Assembly: GCF_006345805.1 (NCBI RefSeq)
Contig: NC_043000.1
Coordinates: 28,458,001-28,522,000 of the forward strand
Source: Octopus sinensis
Taxonomy: Eukaryota
Direction: 5' to 3'
DNA: 64,000 nucleotides
The first letter of the stretch is position 1, and every line of letters starts with the position of its first letter. This document shows positions 1 through 14,504 of the stretch, one piece after another. A model generated the notes under the pieces. The model searched no databases, had not been told where the DNA came from, and saw nothing but the letters and a program-made list of their open reading frames with translations. Position numbers and translations under genes: made by a program.

Positions 1-1184
1 TGACCGAATGGTGGCTTTGTTGCCCTGTTGCGCCTCTGCCACCCGGGCCTCTCTCGCGGCTCCAACACCTTCGTTCCTTAGAGCACGCATCCTAGCTCTG
101 ACAGCACATCCTTCGTGTTTGGCGTTGAAGTGTTGGTCGAGGGCCCCCCCCAACCCGCCAAAACGTCGGATGCGATGCCGCTTCTAATTGCCTCTTCTAG
201 CTTCTTAACTAGCTCACCCTCTACTCTATTTCTATCTATGGCTAGTGCTTTGCTGTACCTAATCGCTTCTGCTTTTACTGCTCTCTTGAGGGCAAACCAC
301 CATTTGTTGTTGATGATGGCTCCCGTCAAGCCCTCTTTACTAGTGTGCTAATCAGGTCTCTGAAAACCTGTCTCGATGGGAAAGACGCGTTTAGTTTCCA
401 GTATCGGGACCCTGCCTAAGTGTCTTACCTAAGTCTAGCGTACATGTCACAAGTTTGTGATCCGTGTAGCTGACTATGTGGAATTGTGGACATCCTATGC
501 TATCTCTATCTACTGTCCTACACAGTATCCTATCTAGGGAAATGTGGACATCCTATGCTATCTCTATCTACTGTCCTACACAGTATCCTATCTAGACGAC
601 CCGATGCGGTTGCTCCATGTCCACGTTGGCGCATTCGGGTGGTCTAGTCGGAACCTGTCAGACAGTTGAAAGCGTCTGAGCAGGTCTCTGAGGCATTTGC
701 ATCCCCGTCTATTCCTATCTCTACCCACGTAGTCTACATGCGTGTCCAAGGTAGCATTCCAATCCCCCACTAAGAGTAAAGGACGAGACGTTCCCAAGAA
801 AACTTCTAGACGTTGAAAGAAATCCGCCCGACCTGTTAAGGGCGGTGCGTAAAACTGATACGAGTCGAAAAGCGCACCCATTGCTGCCGTCGACATCCAG
901 GACGACCAGTCTACCCTCCGGGTCTACGAATATTGTCCTTACTTTGAGATCCAGACTCTTGTGAAAAAGTACCGCGGTGCCACTACCGCCATTCTCGGCA
1001 GACAGGGGGAAAAATAAATGTTGAACTGTCCGCCAAACATGGTCTTTAGGGCCCGCGGATTGTGGAGTCTGGTCTCGCTTATGGCTATGATTTCTAACTT
1101 ATGTGACTTTATGTCATTTAAGAGGTACCCTTGTTTCCAAGGGGACCCCAAGCCACGCGCATTTACACAACCAATCTTGATCAT
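1..1184 (-). pseudogene. Frameshifted AP-endonuclease domain of LINE ORF2
   Basis: ORF pieces 939..1184, 588..896 and 78..329 are consecutive parts of one EN-linker region broken by frameshifts and stops. Confidence 0.85.
480..595. repeat. 58-bp tandem duplication inside the LINE endonuclease
   Basis: ggaa(t/a)tgtggacatcctatgctatctctatctactgtcctacacagtatcctatctag occurs at 480-537 and 538-595 with 1 mismatch. Confidence 0.95.
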
Positions 1185-2076
1185 AGTTCTAATGAATTAG
1201 AATACAGAGGGTTACTTACTGCTCGAAAGTTTTTGCTTTCTCCTCCGTTGGTTTGTCCTCGAGAAGATCCCATACAGTTTCTTTGTGAGATATTTGGCAT
1301 TTACCAACCGCATGGGGAAAATGCCTTTGAGTGTGTGGTGCAGACTTTTGGAGAGGTGTAATATTTGATGTGGTCTGGTGGTGTTGTGTATGGGTGATTG
1401 TTTGTTTTTATGTCATCTTCTGTTATGTTTTTTGATTGGATGTATTCCATCAAATTTGTTGTTTTTGGTTGGTCTATGGCTGTGAGCATGTTTGCTGTGT
1501 ATATGTTTTTCTGGTGTGTGTGGCTGTGTGTTTGCGTTAGGTTTTGAAATGTCTTCGGGCGATGTATTTCCCCTGCTTTGTTCGTGTTTGCATTTGGTTT
1601 GGTTGTGTTCTGCTCTTTATTTTCCTTCTTTTTGTAGCTATTTGCCATTCCTCACTGGTTTCGTCTTCCGACGAAATTTCTGAGGAATCAGAAGGGGGTA
1701 GGGGTATGTTGTGGGCTTCTATGTATGTCTGTGTAAGTGGTTGTGGTGTTTTCGTTGTTGTTGGTTGTTGAGTGTTTTTGTGTGTGTTGAGTGCGGTATA
1801 AGGGATGGGGGATCAGTTTGTGTGTGTTTTCTTTGTTTTTCTGTTCCTTGGGTTTTGCTGTCGTTCTTGGTGTTGGAATTGGTTTATTTGTTTGTGGTGG
1901 TGATGATTCTGTTCTTGGCGCTGGTGTTGGTGTTGTTTGGTTGGGTTGGCTTTGTTCTTGTTGTTTTTCCTGCATTTCCGCATACAGCTTCTTGACTAGC
2001 TGTCCATATTGTGGTGTGGGCAATAATCCTGGCTTTTGTGATTTTCCTGTGGCTGTTGTTGTTGTTGTAATTTTGT

Positions 2077-2102
2077 AGATAGATAGATAGATAGATAGAT
2101 AT

Positions 2103-2167
<65 letters not shown>

Positions 2168-2214
2168 CAGACAGACAAATAGATAGATAAATTAATGGAT
2201 AGATACATAGGTAC

Positions 2215-2301
<87 letters not shown>

Positions 2302-2410
2302 TAGATAGATAGATAGATAGGTAGTTAAATAGATAGATACATAGATAGATAACATAGTAGGTAGGTAGGTAGGTAGGTAGGTAGGTAGCTCGCTAGGTTG
2401 CTAGGTAGGT
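2077..2410. repeat. (GATA)n/(GGTA)n microsatellite abutting the 5' end of the Tx1-like LINE
   Basis: Direct reading. Confidence 0.95.
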
Positions 2411-3609
2411 AGAGGTCACCTGGTAAATTTCCGAAACGACCATTTTGAAACTTTAAATATGAAATGTTTGTAAATCTTTAGCGAACAAATAGTGTTAATT
2501 AATTTCAAGCAATAACACGATTGATTAACGTATCAAACCATCTTTCCTAATGCTTTTAATGAAGGGTTAGAAATAGTAGAAACAGGTGTAGGAACATAAA
2601 ATTCCATGCATCTCTCCAAAATATTTATGTTGAATGTAAAGTGAAGATGCCAGTCTCTAAACTGAAACACGGGGCTGTAACTTCGTTTCTAGCCCGATTA
2701 CAAAACTTGTCTAGTATTTAACAAGTCTAGTAATTTCCCGAAATTGTCATCATGTCATTATATAGCTCATACAATACCGATATATATATATATATATATA
2801 TATAAATGTGTTTATATATGTGTGTATATATATACATATATATATACGTGTATATATATGTGTATATATATGGCCGGCGCGTTGTGCCTGGGGTTTCTCA
2901 TGCGCCTGTCACCGCAAGAGTATTTTCCACCATTCTTTCAGTTGCGAAGTGTGTCCTTGCATGCATATATATACACACATATAAACATATAAACACACAT
3001 ATAATACCCCTACATTTTGTACACACACGCACATACATACACACATTCACTCCCACGCACTTACACACACACATTTACATATATATATACAATACACGCA
3101 CACACACTTACACACGTACAAACACACACGAATTCACATACACACTGACACATATACATGCACACAACATATACCTCCACGCGCACGCACACATACATAC
3201 ATGCACACAATTATACATATACGCACATACAAGCACACACACACACCCACACATACACTTAGTTAAGCACAATTACTCGCCATACACACATAAAAACGCA
3301 CACGTACACACACATACTACAACAAAACACACACACCAGACATATACACGCACACACACATTCCTCCGTCTTTCTGACCTGCCTTCCTGACACGCTAACT
3401 GCTGCTTGCCACTAGCCTTTGCCCACCATATACACACATACACACATACACACATACGCACAGACTCACACACACACCCTTGTCATCTCGCACACCTTTG
3501 TTTACCATTCCTTCTTTGATTCCGCTCTCCTGTTTTTGAAAACTTGCTCCTTCTTTTTTACCACTTCCGACTTTTCAGTATGTTACCCCGTGAAGACCAC
3601 TTGCATTTT

Positions 3610-3782
3610 TTTCCCTCTGTCCTCCCACCTCGGGATCTTTCTTTCTCCTATGTTTCCGACGAAGAGCTCCGCTCGAAACGTCATACCCTCCTTCTTCCCT
3701 TCTTTCCTGAGCGCCCAATAATACTTTATTTGTTCCACATCCTCGCGTTGTTGTCTTTTTGTTTTCTTGTTTGGATTAACTT
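3610..3782 (+). mobile_element. Penelope-like pLTR-derived short repeat with a variant minimal hammerhead (3652-3686)
   Basis: gttt-ccgacga-a-gagc/tcc/gctc-gaaa-cgtc-atac; same family as the copies at ~14.8, 17.0, 26.4, 30.4 and 58.4 kb. Confidence 0.55.
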
Positions 3783-3806
3783 TATATATTATATATATAT
3801 ATATAT

Positions 3807-4324
<518 letters not shown>

Positions 4325-4330
4325 ATATAT

Positions 4331-4366
<36 letters not shown>

Positions 4367-4369
4367 ATA

Positions 4370-4767
<398 letters not shown>

Positions 4768-4885
4768 TATATATATATATGTGTGTGTGTGTGTATATAT
4801 ATTTATGAATGTATGTATGTATATGATTAAATACATATATGGGTGTGTATATATATATATATAAATAATACATATTATCTATATA

Positions 4886-4918
<33 letters not shown>

Positions 4919-4993
4919 ATATTATATATATATATATTACAGTATATACAGTATACATATATCGATAGATAGATAGATAGATAATAAATAAAT

Positions 4994-5390
4994 GGATTTA
5001 ATGCAATTGTTATGCAAATTTTTTTCTTCCGACATATGTTTCCAAGAAAACATTGTTATTATTCCAGAAGGAATATAATGACGCAAAACAATGCAATCTT
5101 CTCATCAGGGAAAGAATGAAGCCAAACACATCAAGAAGACGTTTTAAAAGAATGTGATGACTGCGTTTAGGATGAAGGGAACGCTGTCAAGTTTGTTTTT
5201 TTTGAAAAACCGTTAGTAGATACAACGTGAAAGCAGTTTATAGAAAGCGGAAGAAAAAAACAAAGAAATTAGCAGAAAACTTATAGTGGAGAGATATAGA
5301 GCGATAGGTGAATTCTTGATTAATACCAATGTTTTCTTCGAAACATATATCGGAAATAAAAAGATTTGAATAACACCTGAGTTTAACTCC
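4994..5390. mobile_element. MITE/foldback-like element with ~75-90 bp imperfect terminal inverted repeats
   Basis: ggatttaatgcaattgttatgcaaat...ttcttccgacatatgtttccaagaaaacattg (left) is the reverse complement, with mismatches, of caatgttttcttcgaaacatatatcggaaat...atttgaataacacctgagtttaactcc (right). Confidence 0.65.
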
Positions 5391-5685
5391 ATTTATTTAT
5401 TTATCTATATTAAATAAAAACTTTTCACCTAAACCCGCAGTTTCTACCTTTATAAGTAGGTTGTTACATCCTTGGTACTTGTGTGAGGTTTTGCTACCTT
5501 GGTAAATATTTTTAAAAAATTTCCGTGTTATTTGCAAACATTGGAAAAACACATACATTTGTGTGTGCATGTGTGTGTAATGCATCGATAGTCAGCTGGA
5601 GACGATGTTTTCCTGGGGCTAAATAACAGCAGCGTCGGTCCTAATCAGGCCTGACACTTTATGCTGGCAAATAAACTTTACTTTA

Positions 5686-5717
<32 letters not shown>

Positions 5718-6109
5718 AAATATATATATATGTGTATGTATATATATATATGTATATATGTGGTTGTGGATATATATATATATACCACATATATTCCATA
5801 CAGACATATACACACACACACACACAGAAACATTATATATATATATATATATATCTATATATATATATAAGTGTGTGTATTGGTCCTTTAATCTTTTTAC
5901 TCTTGATTCATTTCATAGAGTTGCCATTTATTTATTGGTTATATATTTATTTGCATGTTTTTCACATCATAAATATATGTTCTTCCTATTTGCTGCTGTC
6001 CTCTTCTGTTTTGCTATTCCACAAATTTGTTTATTTTTTTCTTTCCAACGACAGTATTTGTTTATTTTGTGCGACCATATTTTACATCAGTAAAATCGTT
6101 CGTTTTTTC

Positions 6110-6225
<116 letters not shown>

Positions 6226-6539
6226 TGATTTTCGTTTTCAGTGATATATTTTGATGTATTTAATCTTATCACTGATTATTTTATTATTTTTGGGGAGGGT
6301 ATTTCTTTATTTCTATATTCCCCTATTTACCATGCAAGTAATTTTCCGTTTTAAAATTACTTTCTTATCACTAGATTACCAATTCATTCTAAAATTGCCT
6401 TCAAAGTCCGTCCATTTCCATCGAGTTATAAAACATTCATAACATATATACATATATATGCATATATTTACATATATATGTGCGTGTGTGTATGTATGTG
6501 TACATACATACACACACACACAGATGTACATATATATAT

Positions 6540-6574
<35 letters not shown>

Positions 6575-7846
6575 TATATATATATATTTATATGACCAAT
6601 TAAAGTTTCGTCATTTAAACTTCCCGTCTACATGTTGATCGCATTCACCATGACAAAACACTCCATAGTTTGTTTTATAAATAGTATAGTTTTTACCCAA
6701 TATAGTTCTTATAATAATATGCAGTGCATCAATATTGCTTGCCATTATGTGTTATTTGCCTTGATAGAATATAGAATTATCCAATATAGCTAATACATTG
6801 TGGCATAATATAAGCATATAGGGTTACAATATATTTATATATTGGCGAACGGTAAGTCTGTATGTTATATGATATACGATAAAGAAAAGTTCCAGGTGCT
6901 TATGTATACTTTTGATATCATAACATAGTAAGACATGGAGAAAAGATATGTTTGTTAAAGGTTATAAATCATGATATAATTGGCATGTTATAAGTACGAT
7001 GCATACAGTATTTTGTCATAGGTTTTTGAATGGTAGAAAAATAATGCCATGACACTCATATCATGTTGTACAGTGTTGGTGACTAAGCAAATGAGCGTTG
7101 GCGTTGTGGTTTCGGCTCACTGAAAATTTACCGGTTCATTGTGAAGCATTTAATAAAGCAAGACTATGCAATTGTATGTTTCGTTATGTTAATTATTTTC
7201 TATAGTACGGTGTTATTGTGATATGGTTTATGTAGAAAATCTTTATGATAATGATACGCTATACAACCGAGAGCCTATAATGATACATTGCATAACCGAT
7301 AACCTATAATGACAAGGAGTTTAAATACGTCATATTAATGTAACATGCGCCATACAACATGGACGATCTTAGAAAAGCTTTTCTCACGATACTTTACAAT
7401 GGAGAATAAATGGAGTATTTGTATGTGAAAGGGGTTTAGGGATTTATATAGATTAGTTGTTTTATTGAGCGGTGAGTTAAGGGGTGGTGTTGGACAAGAG
7501 AAAATAACGTTACGTTATAACATATCACAGATCCGAGAGAAAATATATTGGTTCATTGTCTCGTTTGTAGTTATATTAACCATGTTTTATAGTTAAGGCA
7601 TACATAACTGTATCAAATTCCAATATATTATCTGGTATTTGTAGCAACATTGACTTTCTCTGCATTACTCATTTTAACTACTTTAATCTCTCTTTCTCTT
7701 TCTACATACTTTGACATGCTAGTAGTATTAAACCTACTGCATTTGAGCCTGCAGATGCATTAGCATCTTTGATAATTCGATTAATTTGGATTTATACACA
7801 CACACACATTCACATGCATATATATACATATATATATATATATTAT

Positions 7847-7888
<42 letters not shown>

Positions 7889-8489
7889 CGTATATATGTA
7901 TATCTTTATATTTATATATATATATCACTTTATATATGTGTGTGTATATATATATATATTTGTATATCTTTATATTTATATATATATATATATCACTTTA
8001 TATATATGTGCATATATATATATATATATATATGCAGCTTTCCTTGATATATAACACAAACATTCTTTGTGTGCTCGCTTCCATATATTTCAATCGAATT
8101 ACTACATCTATCATTTCGTATTTCTACTATATTATTAGAGAAAGTACAGATTTTCAACATTGCTACAAAAGCAACAAGTGGCGAGAGGAAGCCGTCGAAT
8201 AAATCATAATCTTTAATGCTTCATAGTTGTTTATTTTGTCATCCTCGGTGTATTAGCAAATACGTGAAGTAGACCTGGAGTAGAGAGGCTGTCTCATTGA
8301 TGAGGTCATGAATGGCGGCGAAAGGACTTTGACAAATTGAAGTGATTGATTTATCAAACAATCCATTAGTTAAATGGTTAAATGTTTAGTCAACTGGTTT
8401 AAAAAAAAAAAGACTACAGATGTTTAATGGTACGAGTGCGAGATACAACAAAATTATCAACAAATTTGTATTTAAAATGTTATACGTGA

Positions 8490-8945
8490 GTGCAATCTTT
8501 ACTGCTAGAGGCACAAGGCTTGAAAATTGGGTGGAGGAGGGTAATCGATTATCTCGATCCCACGGTTTCACTGGTTCTTAATTTATCGACCCCGAAAGGA
8601 TAAAAGACATAGCTGAACTCAGTATATTTGAACTCAGTATATTTGAACTCAGTACGCAAAGACGGACGAAATACCGCTAAGTATTTTGATTGAAGTGCCT
8701 ACTATTCTTATTTCTCTACTGTCCTAAAGGGGCTAAGCACAGAGGGGACAAACAAGGACAGACAAAGGTATTAAGTTGATTACAACGACCCTAGTGCATA
8801 ACTGGTACTTACTTTATCGACCTCGAAAGGATGAAAGACAAAGTCGACCTCGGCGGCGGAATTTGAACTCAGAACGTAACGGCAGACGAAATACCGCTAA
8901 GCATTTCGCCCGGCGTGCTAACGTTTCTGCCAGCTCACCACCTTA
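8490..8945 (-). mobile_element. Tandem SINE family A copies (GGCGGCGAGCTGGCAGAAACGTTAGC head), with a 15-bp internal triplication at 8614-8654
   Basis: B-box-like GAGTTCAAATTCC and the central GCCTTTCATCCTTTCGGGGTCGATAAA domain, recurring more than 10 times in the window. Confidence 0.85.
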
Positions 8946-10694
8946 TATACTTGGGTAGAATAGCTGTACGATTATGCTACTCAACAACGGTAAGTCACAG
9001 GCCAACTCATAGATTCATTCTGAGAATTCTTTCACTGAAAGAGTTCTAAGAATTTTAATACTAGAAACTTAGATCCTTCTTAATGTTTCTGAGCACAGAG
9101 AAATAAAAGCTGCGCTCTTACTTCAGTTGATTTCTCTATAGCGAATGGATCTCCACCCATACCTATATCAAAACGGTATATTTTACATCCATATTATAAT
9201 AAAATTATCCGCCTATGAGCGTGTGTGTATGTTTGCATGTGTGCCTGTGTGTGTCGCTGTGCGTGTGTGCATGTGTGTGCATACATCGATTTTAGCGAAG
9301 ATAATATCCTGGGTGGCAATAAAACGCTTCCACTAATATACTCATAAACCTATCTTTTGCTTAAAATATATTTCAGACCATTCCTGGTTTCCGGAGTTCT
9401 CAAACCTCTTTTCTGCTGTTGGCATCGCGAGAACATAGCAATTTCGATTATCCAGGTAACGGAGAAAATCCATGAATGAAACAAACACTCACTCACTCAA
9501 AAACAAGAGAGCACATAAAACGAGAGAAAAATAACTAGAAAAATTATGCTATTCTAATCCACACTCCGTTTTGAGAGATGTGTGTGTGTGTGTGCGCATG
9601 CGTTGAGCGCTCGACTGCGTGCCTTTGCCAAAAAGTGAAAGTATATTTATGAGCTTACAGCTCCTCGAAGTTTTTTGCTTCTTTCTTTGTGTTGTCTCTC
9701 TCTCATCTTTGTTTCCACTTTCAGTGTAAGTCTGTTTTCTTCTTTGTCCACTTGTTTGTCCCCCCTCCCTTTGAGTCTTATTCAACAGACCTGGGCCACA
9801 ACATCATCTTCCCGTTTAACTGTCTTCTCTCCATGTAAACATATTTAACAAGTCCTTCACTTTACGTTAAATCCGCCCAGAGTCGTCGTCTACCACCCAG
9901 CACATACAATACAGCCAAAACATCCTTCTTTCCCACTTTTACTTAACACCTACCAACCTATACCATTCCATCGTATCACTTTCTCGTGTGCATTCTTTTA
10001 TTCTATTAGTCTGTTCTATCCTCACTCTCTCTGCGAAGAAGGCCAATTATCCGAAACGCTGAAATTTCTACTCCTCACAACATATCAAATTACATTAACA
10101 AATTTTCCCCTACGTCATTTTTGAGATTACCTTCTGCCGATATAGACGACCAGTTTCTGTAGTTTCTCAATTTTACCGTATTTTTCGTATTGTTAACATG
10201 GCTACTCTGTGGGATCCTATGTGACTCGTGTATCTAAGAAAATGTTCTGAATGAGATAAAATTAATGTGATGTAATCTTCACGTTAAGTGCCTTTATTTA
10301 CGTTTAAGATTCTATATTCCATCATGTTTGTATAGTGACATAATTTCATAGTTTTTCAAATCAATGTAAAGCTACTCGTATCACAGATACATCAAAACAT
10401 ATTAGTCGGCAAATATCAAATAAGTGTGTTTAGGTGTAAATTGAATTTTTTTGTGTTGTTGTATATCTTTCTAGCGAATTTATAGAACAATAGTGATTAT
10501 TTTCTTTCATCCGGTAACTACAAATTTCCGTCCACAAAAGGTACATCAAATAGGTTTCATAATATAGTGAAATAAAGGAAGTTTCAGAATAAACAAGCTA
10601 TTGAACTTTCAACTGAAAATGTGTGATATCCTATATATTACAGATACATTTTTGTGTCGGTGGAGACAATATTCAATAGTAACAGACGAATAAT

Positions 10695-10808
<114 letters not shown>

Positions 10809-10925
10809 CTGTCCAACTACCTGAAACGTTCGTCAAATCTGTAGGAAATATTATATTACATGTAAAAGATGTAAAAAGGAAGGGCAATCTTGAAAGAAGG
10901 ATGTATATGTGCGTGTGTGTGTGCA

Positions 10926-10963
<38 letters not shown>

Positions 10964-11169
10964 AGAACTGAAGGTAAGCACAACTTTATATAATTTGCTC
11001 TACGTACGTTTCACTATTGTGGTTGTTTGGAACCTCTCCTTTGGATGATCCAAATATAATTGTATACTTAATCACAACAGCTTATTAGGGAAGTACTTTA
11101 TTGCATCATGTTACGACTGGGCAAATCTTCGATCAGATTTGCTCGCTGTTATCCAGCGGCAGAAAAACA

Positions 11170-11990
11170 TATTAAGCAGTTAAATGAAAATAAATTTGAA
11201 TTAATTCACTTTGGAAGAGAGGTTGCACTTAAGTTACCATACAGACTGCTCATGGGCGAAAGCCTCGTGGCATCAAACACCGTTAGGGATCTATGAGTAG
11301 TTGTCGACAACAACGTTGGCTGGATTGTCCACAGAAAACGTTGACATGGCCCGCATGACATGCTCCTAGATCCTCAGGACATTCCGGTCTAGAGACGCTC
11401 GTTGCATTATTCTATTTTCTACTTTCTCCCGTCCTCACCTTCGGTACTGTTGTCCACTGTGGTCTCCCTGCACGGAGCAAAATATTATAAAATTTGAAGA
11501 CCCCTAGAGATCAACCAGAGAAACAAAACAGACTATATGTCAGGACTTGCTCTTGGGATCGTCTTCAGAAATGCAAACTTAATTCTCTCTATCGCCGCCT
11601 TGAGAGCTGTATCATTTGTAAGATGTTCAAAATATCCAACAGCATTTCCCGTAAATTGACATCAACTTTAAAATCCCCTTGGACCTTGTGCCGTCCATCC
11701 TTACCAAAAATGATGCGTCAACTCAAATATTAACATAGAACTATTTTAACTTAGCTGCAATTGCCCTCTTCAGTATAATGACATGGCACAAAATAAAATT
11801 AAGATCACTTAACAATCAAATCTTTCCTGAATGAATATATGTGGCAAATTCCAGATAAACTACTAACATTCAGATATATCTCTACAAATGATAATGCTTC
11901 ACTGCAATGTTTTTCCACCAGATGTTATTGGAGTTAGTCGTGGCCTGGACCATTTCTAGCTGAAACACTTTGGCGCTGATATTACTGTAA
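11170..11990 (+). mobile_element. Old CR1-like LINE 3' fragment
   Basis: Degenerate frames ENKFELIHFG, VRDL, YCCPLWSP, WDRLQKCKLNSLYRR; 3' end homologous to 61700-62250. Confidence 0.7.
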
Positions 11991-12105
11991 CTTTTATCAC
12001 ATTTGCGGTCTACCGTTGACTGTATTTTAGTTAAAAACGCGGCTTTGATGAGGTCTATCCAGAGATGTCTCTCTTCAGGAATTTCTATTGATTTCGGCTA
12101 GATAG

Positions 12106-12141
<36 letters not shown>

Positions 12142-12229
12142 TTTTATTCTTTTAATCTTTTACATGCTTCAGGTGCGGTGCATATGTATATGTATGTAAA
12201 TATAAATATGTTTATACGTATATATATAT

Positions 12230-14010
12230 CCAACTGACGTCTTTACCAATCCAACTGATTTCTTTACCAATGCAGATATAAAATCAGAGGCAGCGATGAT
12301 TGATTACATCAATATAAAGGAAGATGATGTAATAAAGGCTATTGATGAAATGAAAGCAAACTCAGCTACTGGCCCCGTTGGATTCCCAGCAATCCTTCTA
12401 AAAGTATGTAAGAGAGTCCTAGCAAGACCACTGCAGTTCCTCTTTCAGAGCTTCCTTGCAACTGGCAAACTTCCAAGAAAACTGAAGGAAGGTAAAATAT
12501 GCCCTATTCATAAAAGAGGTAGCAGAGCGGAGGCCAAGAACTACAGACCTATCTCTCTGACCTCACACATCAGCAAGGTCATGGAACGAATAGTCAAAAG
12601 GAAACTAATCACCTTCTTTGAAGAAAATGACTTGTTGCCTGACACCCAATATGGTTTCCGACCAGGAAGAAGCTGCTTAACTCAGCTCTTACAACACTAT
12701 GACTGGGTGCTGAAACGACTGCTCAACCATTCAAATGTGGAAGTCATATATCTCGACTTTGCAAAGGCCTTTGATAAAGTCGATCATGGAATGATATGTC
12801 ACAAACTGCGTGATCTTGGCATAGTTGGAAAATTGGGAGAATAGCTTCATGACTTTCTGAAGGATAGAAGTCAGGTGGTAGTAGCCAATGGGGCCACTTC
12901 CATTAACACGCAAATAGTGAGCGGTGTTCCGCAAGGCACTGTTCTGAGACCACTACTGTTCATAATGGCCCTCTCAGACATGCCCTCAGCCACGCAGAGA
13001 GCCACGATCACAAGTTATGCAAATGATACAAAAGTTTCACAGGCCATACAGAACCCTGAAGACACTAAGCACTTGCAATGTGAGCTGGACAAAATATACA
13101 AGTGAGCTGAAAAGAATAGCATGCAGTTCAATGCTGAAAAGTTTCAAGCTTTATACTATCAGCATGCAAAACTAAATGCAATACCCAATAAATACACTGG
13201 ACCTGGAGGGATTGCAATCCCAGAGGCACAATCAGTGCGAGACCTAGGTATTTACATGAGTGATGATGCAACCTTTCATGTGCATGTTGCTAAATAGGCA
13301 ATGAAATGTAGACGGCTGATCGGATGGATCCTCAGAACCTTTAGAACAAGAGACCAGGAAACCATGATGGTCCTCTGGAGGACACTTGTCCTAAGCCACT
13401 TTGACTATTGCTCTCAGCTATGGTCACCATTCAGTGTCAAGTTAATCACAGAACTTGAGGCGATCCAACGAAGCTACTCGAAGAAGATAGCTTCTGTCCA
13501 TCATATAAGCTATTGGGAAAGACTCAGGAGATTGAGACTCTATTCCTTAGAGCGTAGGCGTGAAAGATATGCCATAATATACATCTGGAAGATCCTAGAA
13601 GGACTTGTCCCAAACTTTGGCATCGAGAGTTACACAAATGCCAGAACTGGGCGCCACTGCATAGTGCCAAGGACTCCAAATTTGCCATCAAGATGTAGGA
13701 CAAGATACTGTGATAGCCTGGGCTTCCGAGGCCCACAGCTCTTCAATATCCTCCCGAAGAACCTAAGAGACCTGCATAGGGTGGATGCAGATGTCTTTAA
13801 AATGAAACTGGATCTCTTCTTGTCAAGTGTCCCAGATGAACTAACTTCACGGCAGGAGGTGCAGATGAGGGCAGCTGCATCGAACTCTCTCATGGAATTT
13901 GCTAAAAAGCATTCGTGAAGTAAAATCATGTAGCAACACCAAATGGCGGTGCCCCAGTATGGCTGCAGCTTGTGAGCTGAAACTAAATAAAATAAATAAA
14001 ATAAAATAAT
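12230..14010 (+). mobile_element. 5'-truncated CR1-like LINE with RT domain and (AAATA)n tail
   Basis: NYRPISLTS, QYGFRPGRSC, YLDFAKAFDKV, GVPQGTVL, YANDT (YADD-like), DLGIYM and YSLERRRER motifs; 3' stem-loop plus A-rich tail. Confidence 0.92.
12296..13918 (+). pseudogene. Reverse transcriptase (LINE ORF2 C-terminal half), one frame with 3 premature stops
   Basis: ORFs 12296..12844, 12875..13105 and 13301..13918 share one frame; stops at 12842, 13103 and 13295; catalytic YADD reads YAND. Confidence 0.9.
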
Positions 14011-14029
14011 ATATATATATATCTTCTTT

Positions 14030-14447
14030 TATCTTTTTATCTTTTACTTGTTTCAGTCATTTGACTGCGGCCATGCTGGAGCACCGCCTTTAGTCGAGCA
14101 AATCGACCCCGGGACTTATTCTTTGTAAGCCCAGTACTTATTCTATCGGTCTCTTTTGCCGAACCGCTAAGTGACGGGGACGTAAACACACCAGCATCGG
14201 TTGTCAAGCAATGCGAGGGGGACAAACACACAAACACACACACATACACACACACATACACACACATATATATATATACATATATACGACAGGCTTCTTT
14301 CAGTTTCCGTCTACCAAATCCACTCACAAGGCATTGGTCGGCCCGGGGCTATAGCAGAAGACACTTGCCCAAGATGCCACGCAGTGGGACTGAACCCGGA
14401 GCCATGTGGTTGGTTAGCAAGCTACTTACCACACAGCCACTCCTGCG

Positions 14448-14449
<2 letters not shown>
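14030..14449 (-). mobile_element. Full-length bipartite SINE family B (tRNA-like head, internal (TA)/(TG) linker, CR1-like 3' tail)
   Basis: Head GGCGCAGGAGTGGCTGTGTGGTAAG...GGTTCAGTCCC; tail GGCGGTGCTCCAGCATGGCCGCAGTCAAATGACTGAAAC; many homologues in the window. Confidence 0.85.

Positions 14450-14504
<55 letters not shown>

Larger units (their letters stand above)
1..2076 (-). mobile_element. Tx1/L1-like non-LTR retrotransposon, 5' part (degenerate ORF1 plus start of ORF2), continuing beyond the window start
   Basis: Minus-strand frames give APE endonuclease motifs IGCVNARGL, IIAISETRL, LLVGDWNA, LDRILCR and YTDHKLV, then YWKLNAS and WWFALKRAVKAEAIRYSK, typical of Tx1/L1 ORF2. Upstream are low-complexity Q/T/P/K-rich ORF1-like frames (EEWQIATKRRKIK) ending ~30 bp before the ORF2 ATG at 1184. 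Confidence 0.85.

Noticed and set aside
6600-7620. AT-rich non-microsatellite block with short internal repeats (7255-7315)
   Set aside because: No ORF, terminal repeats or recognisable motif found by eye; left unannotated.
10028-10065. Hammerhead-like gcgaagaagg...ccgaaacgc motif
   Set aside because: Core deviates at several positions and stem I is not convincing; at best a decayed Penelope remnant.
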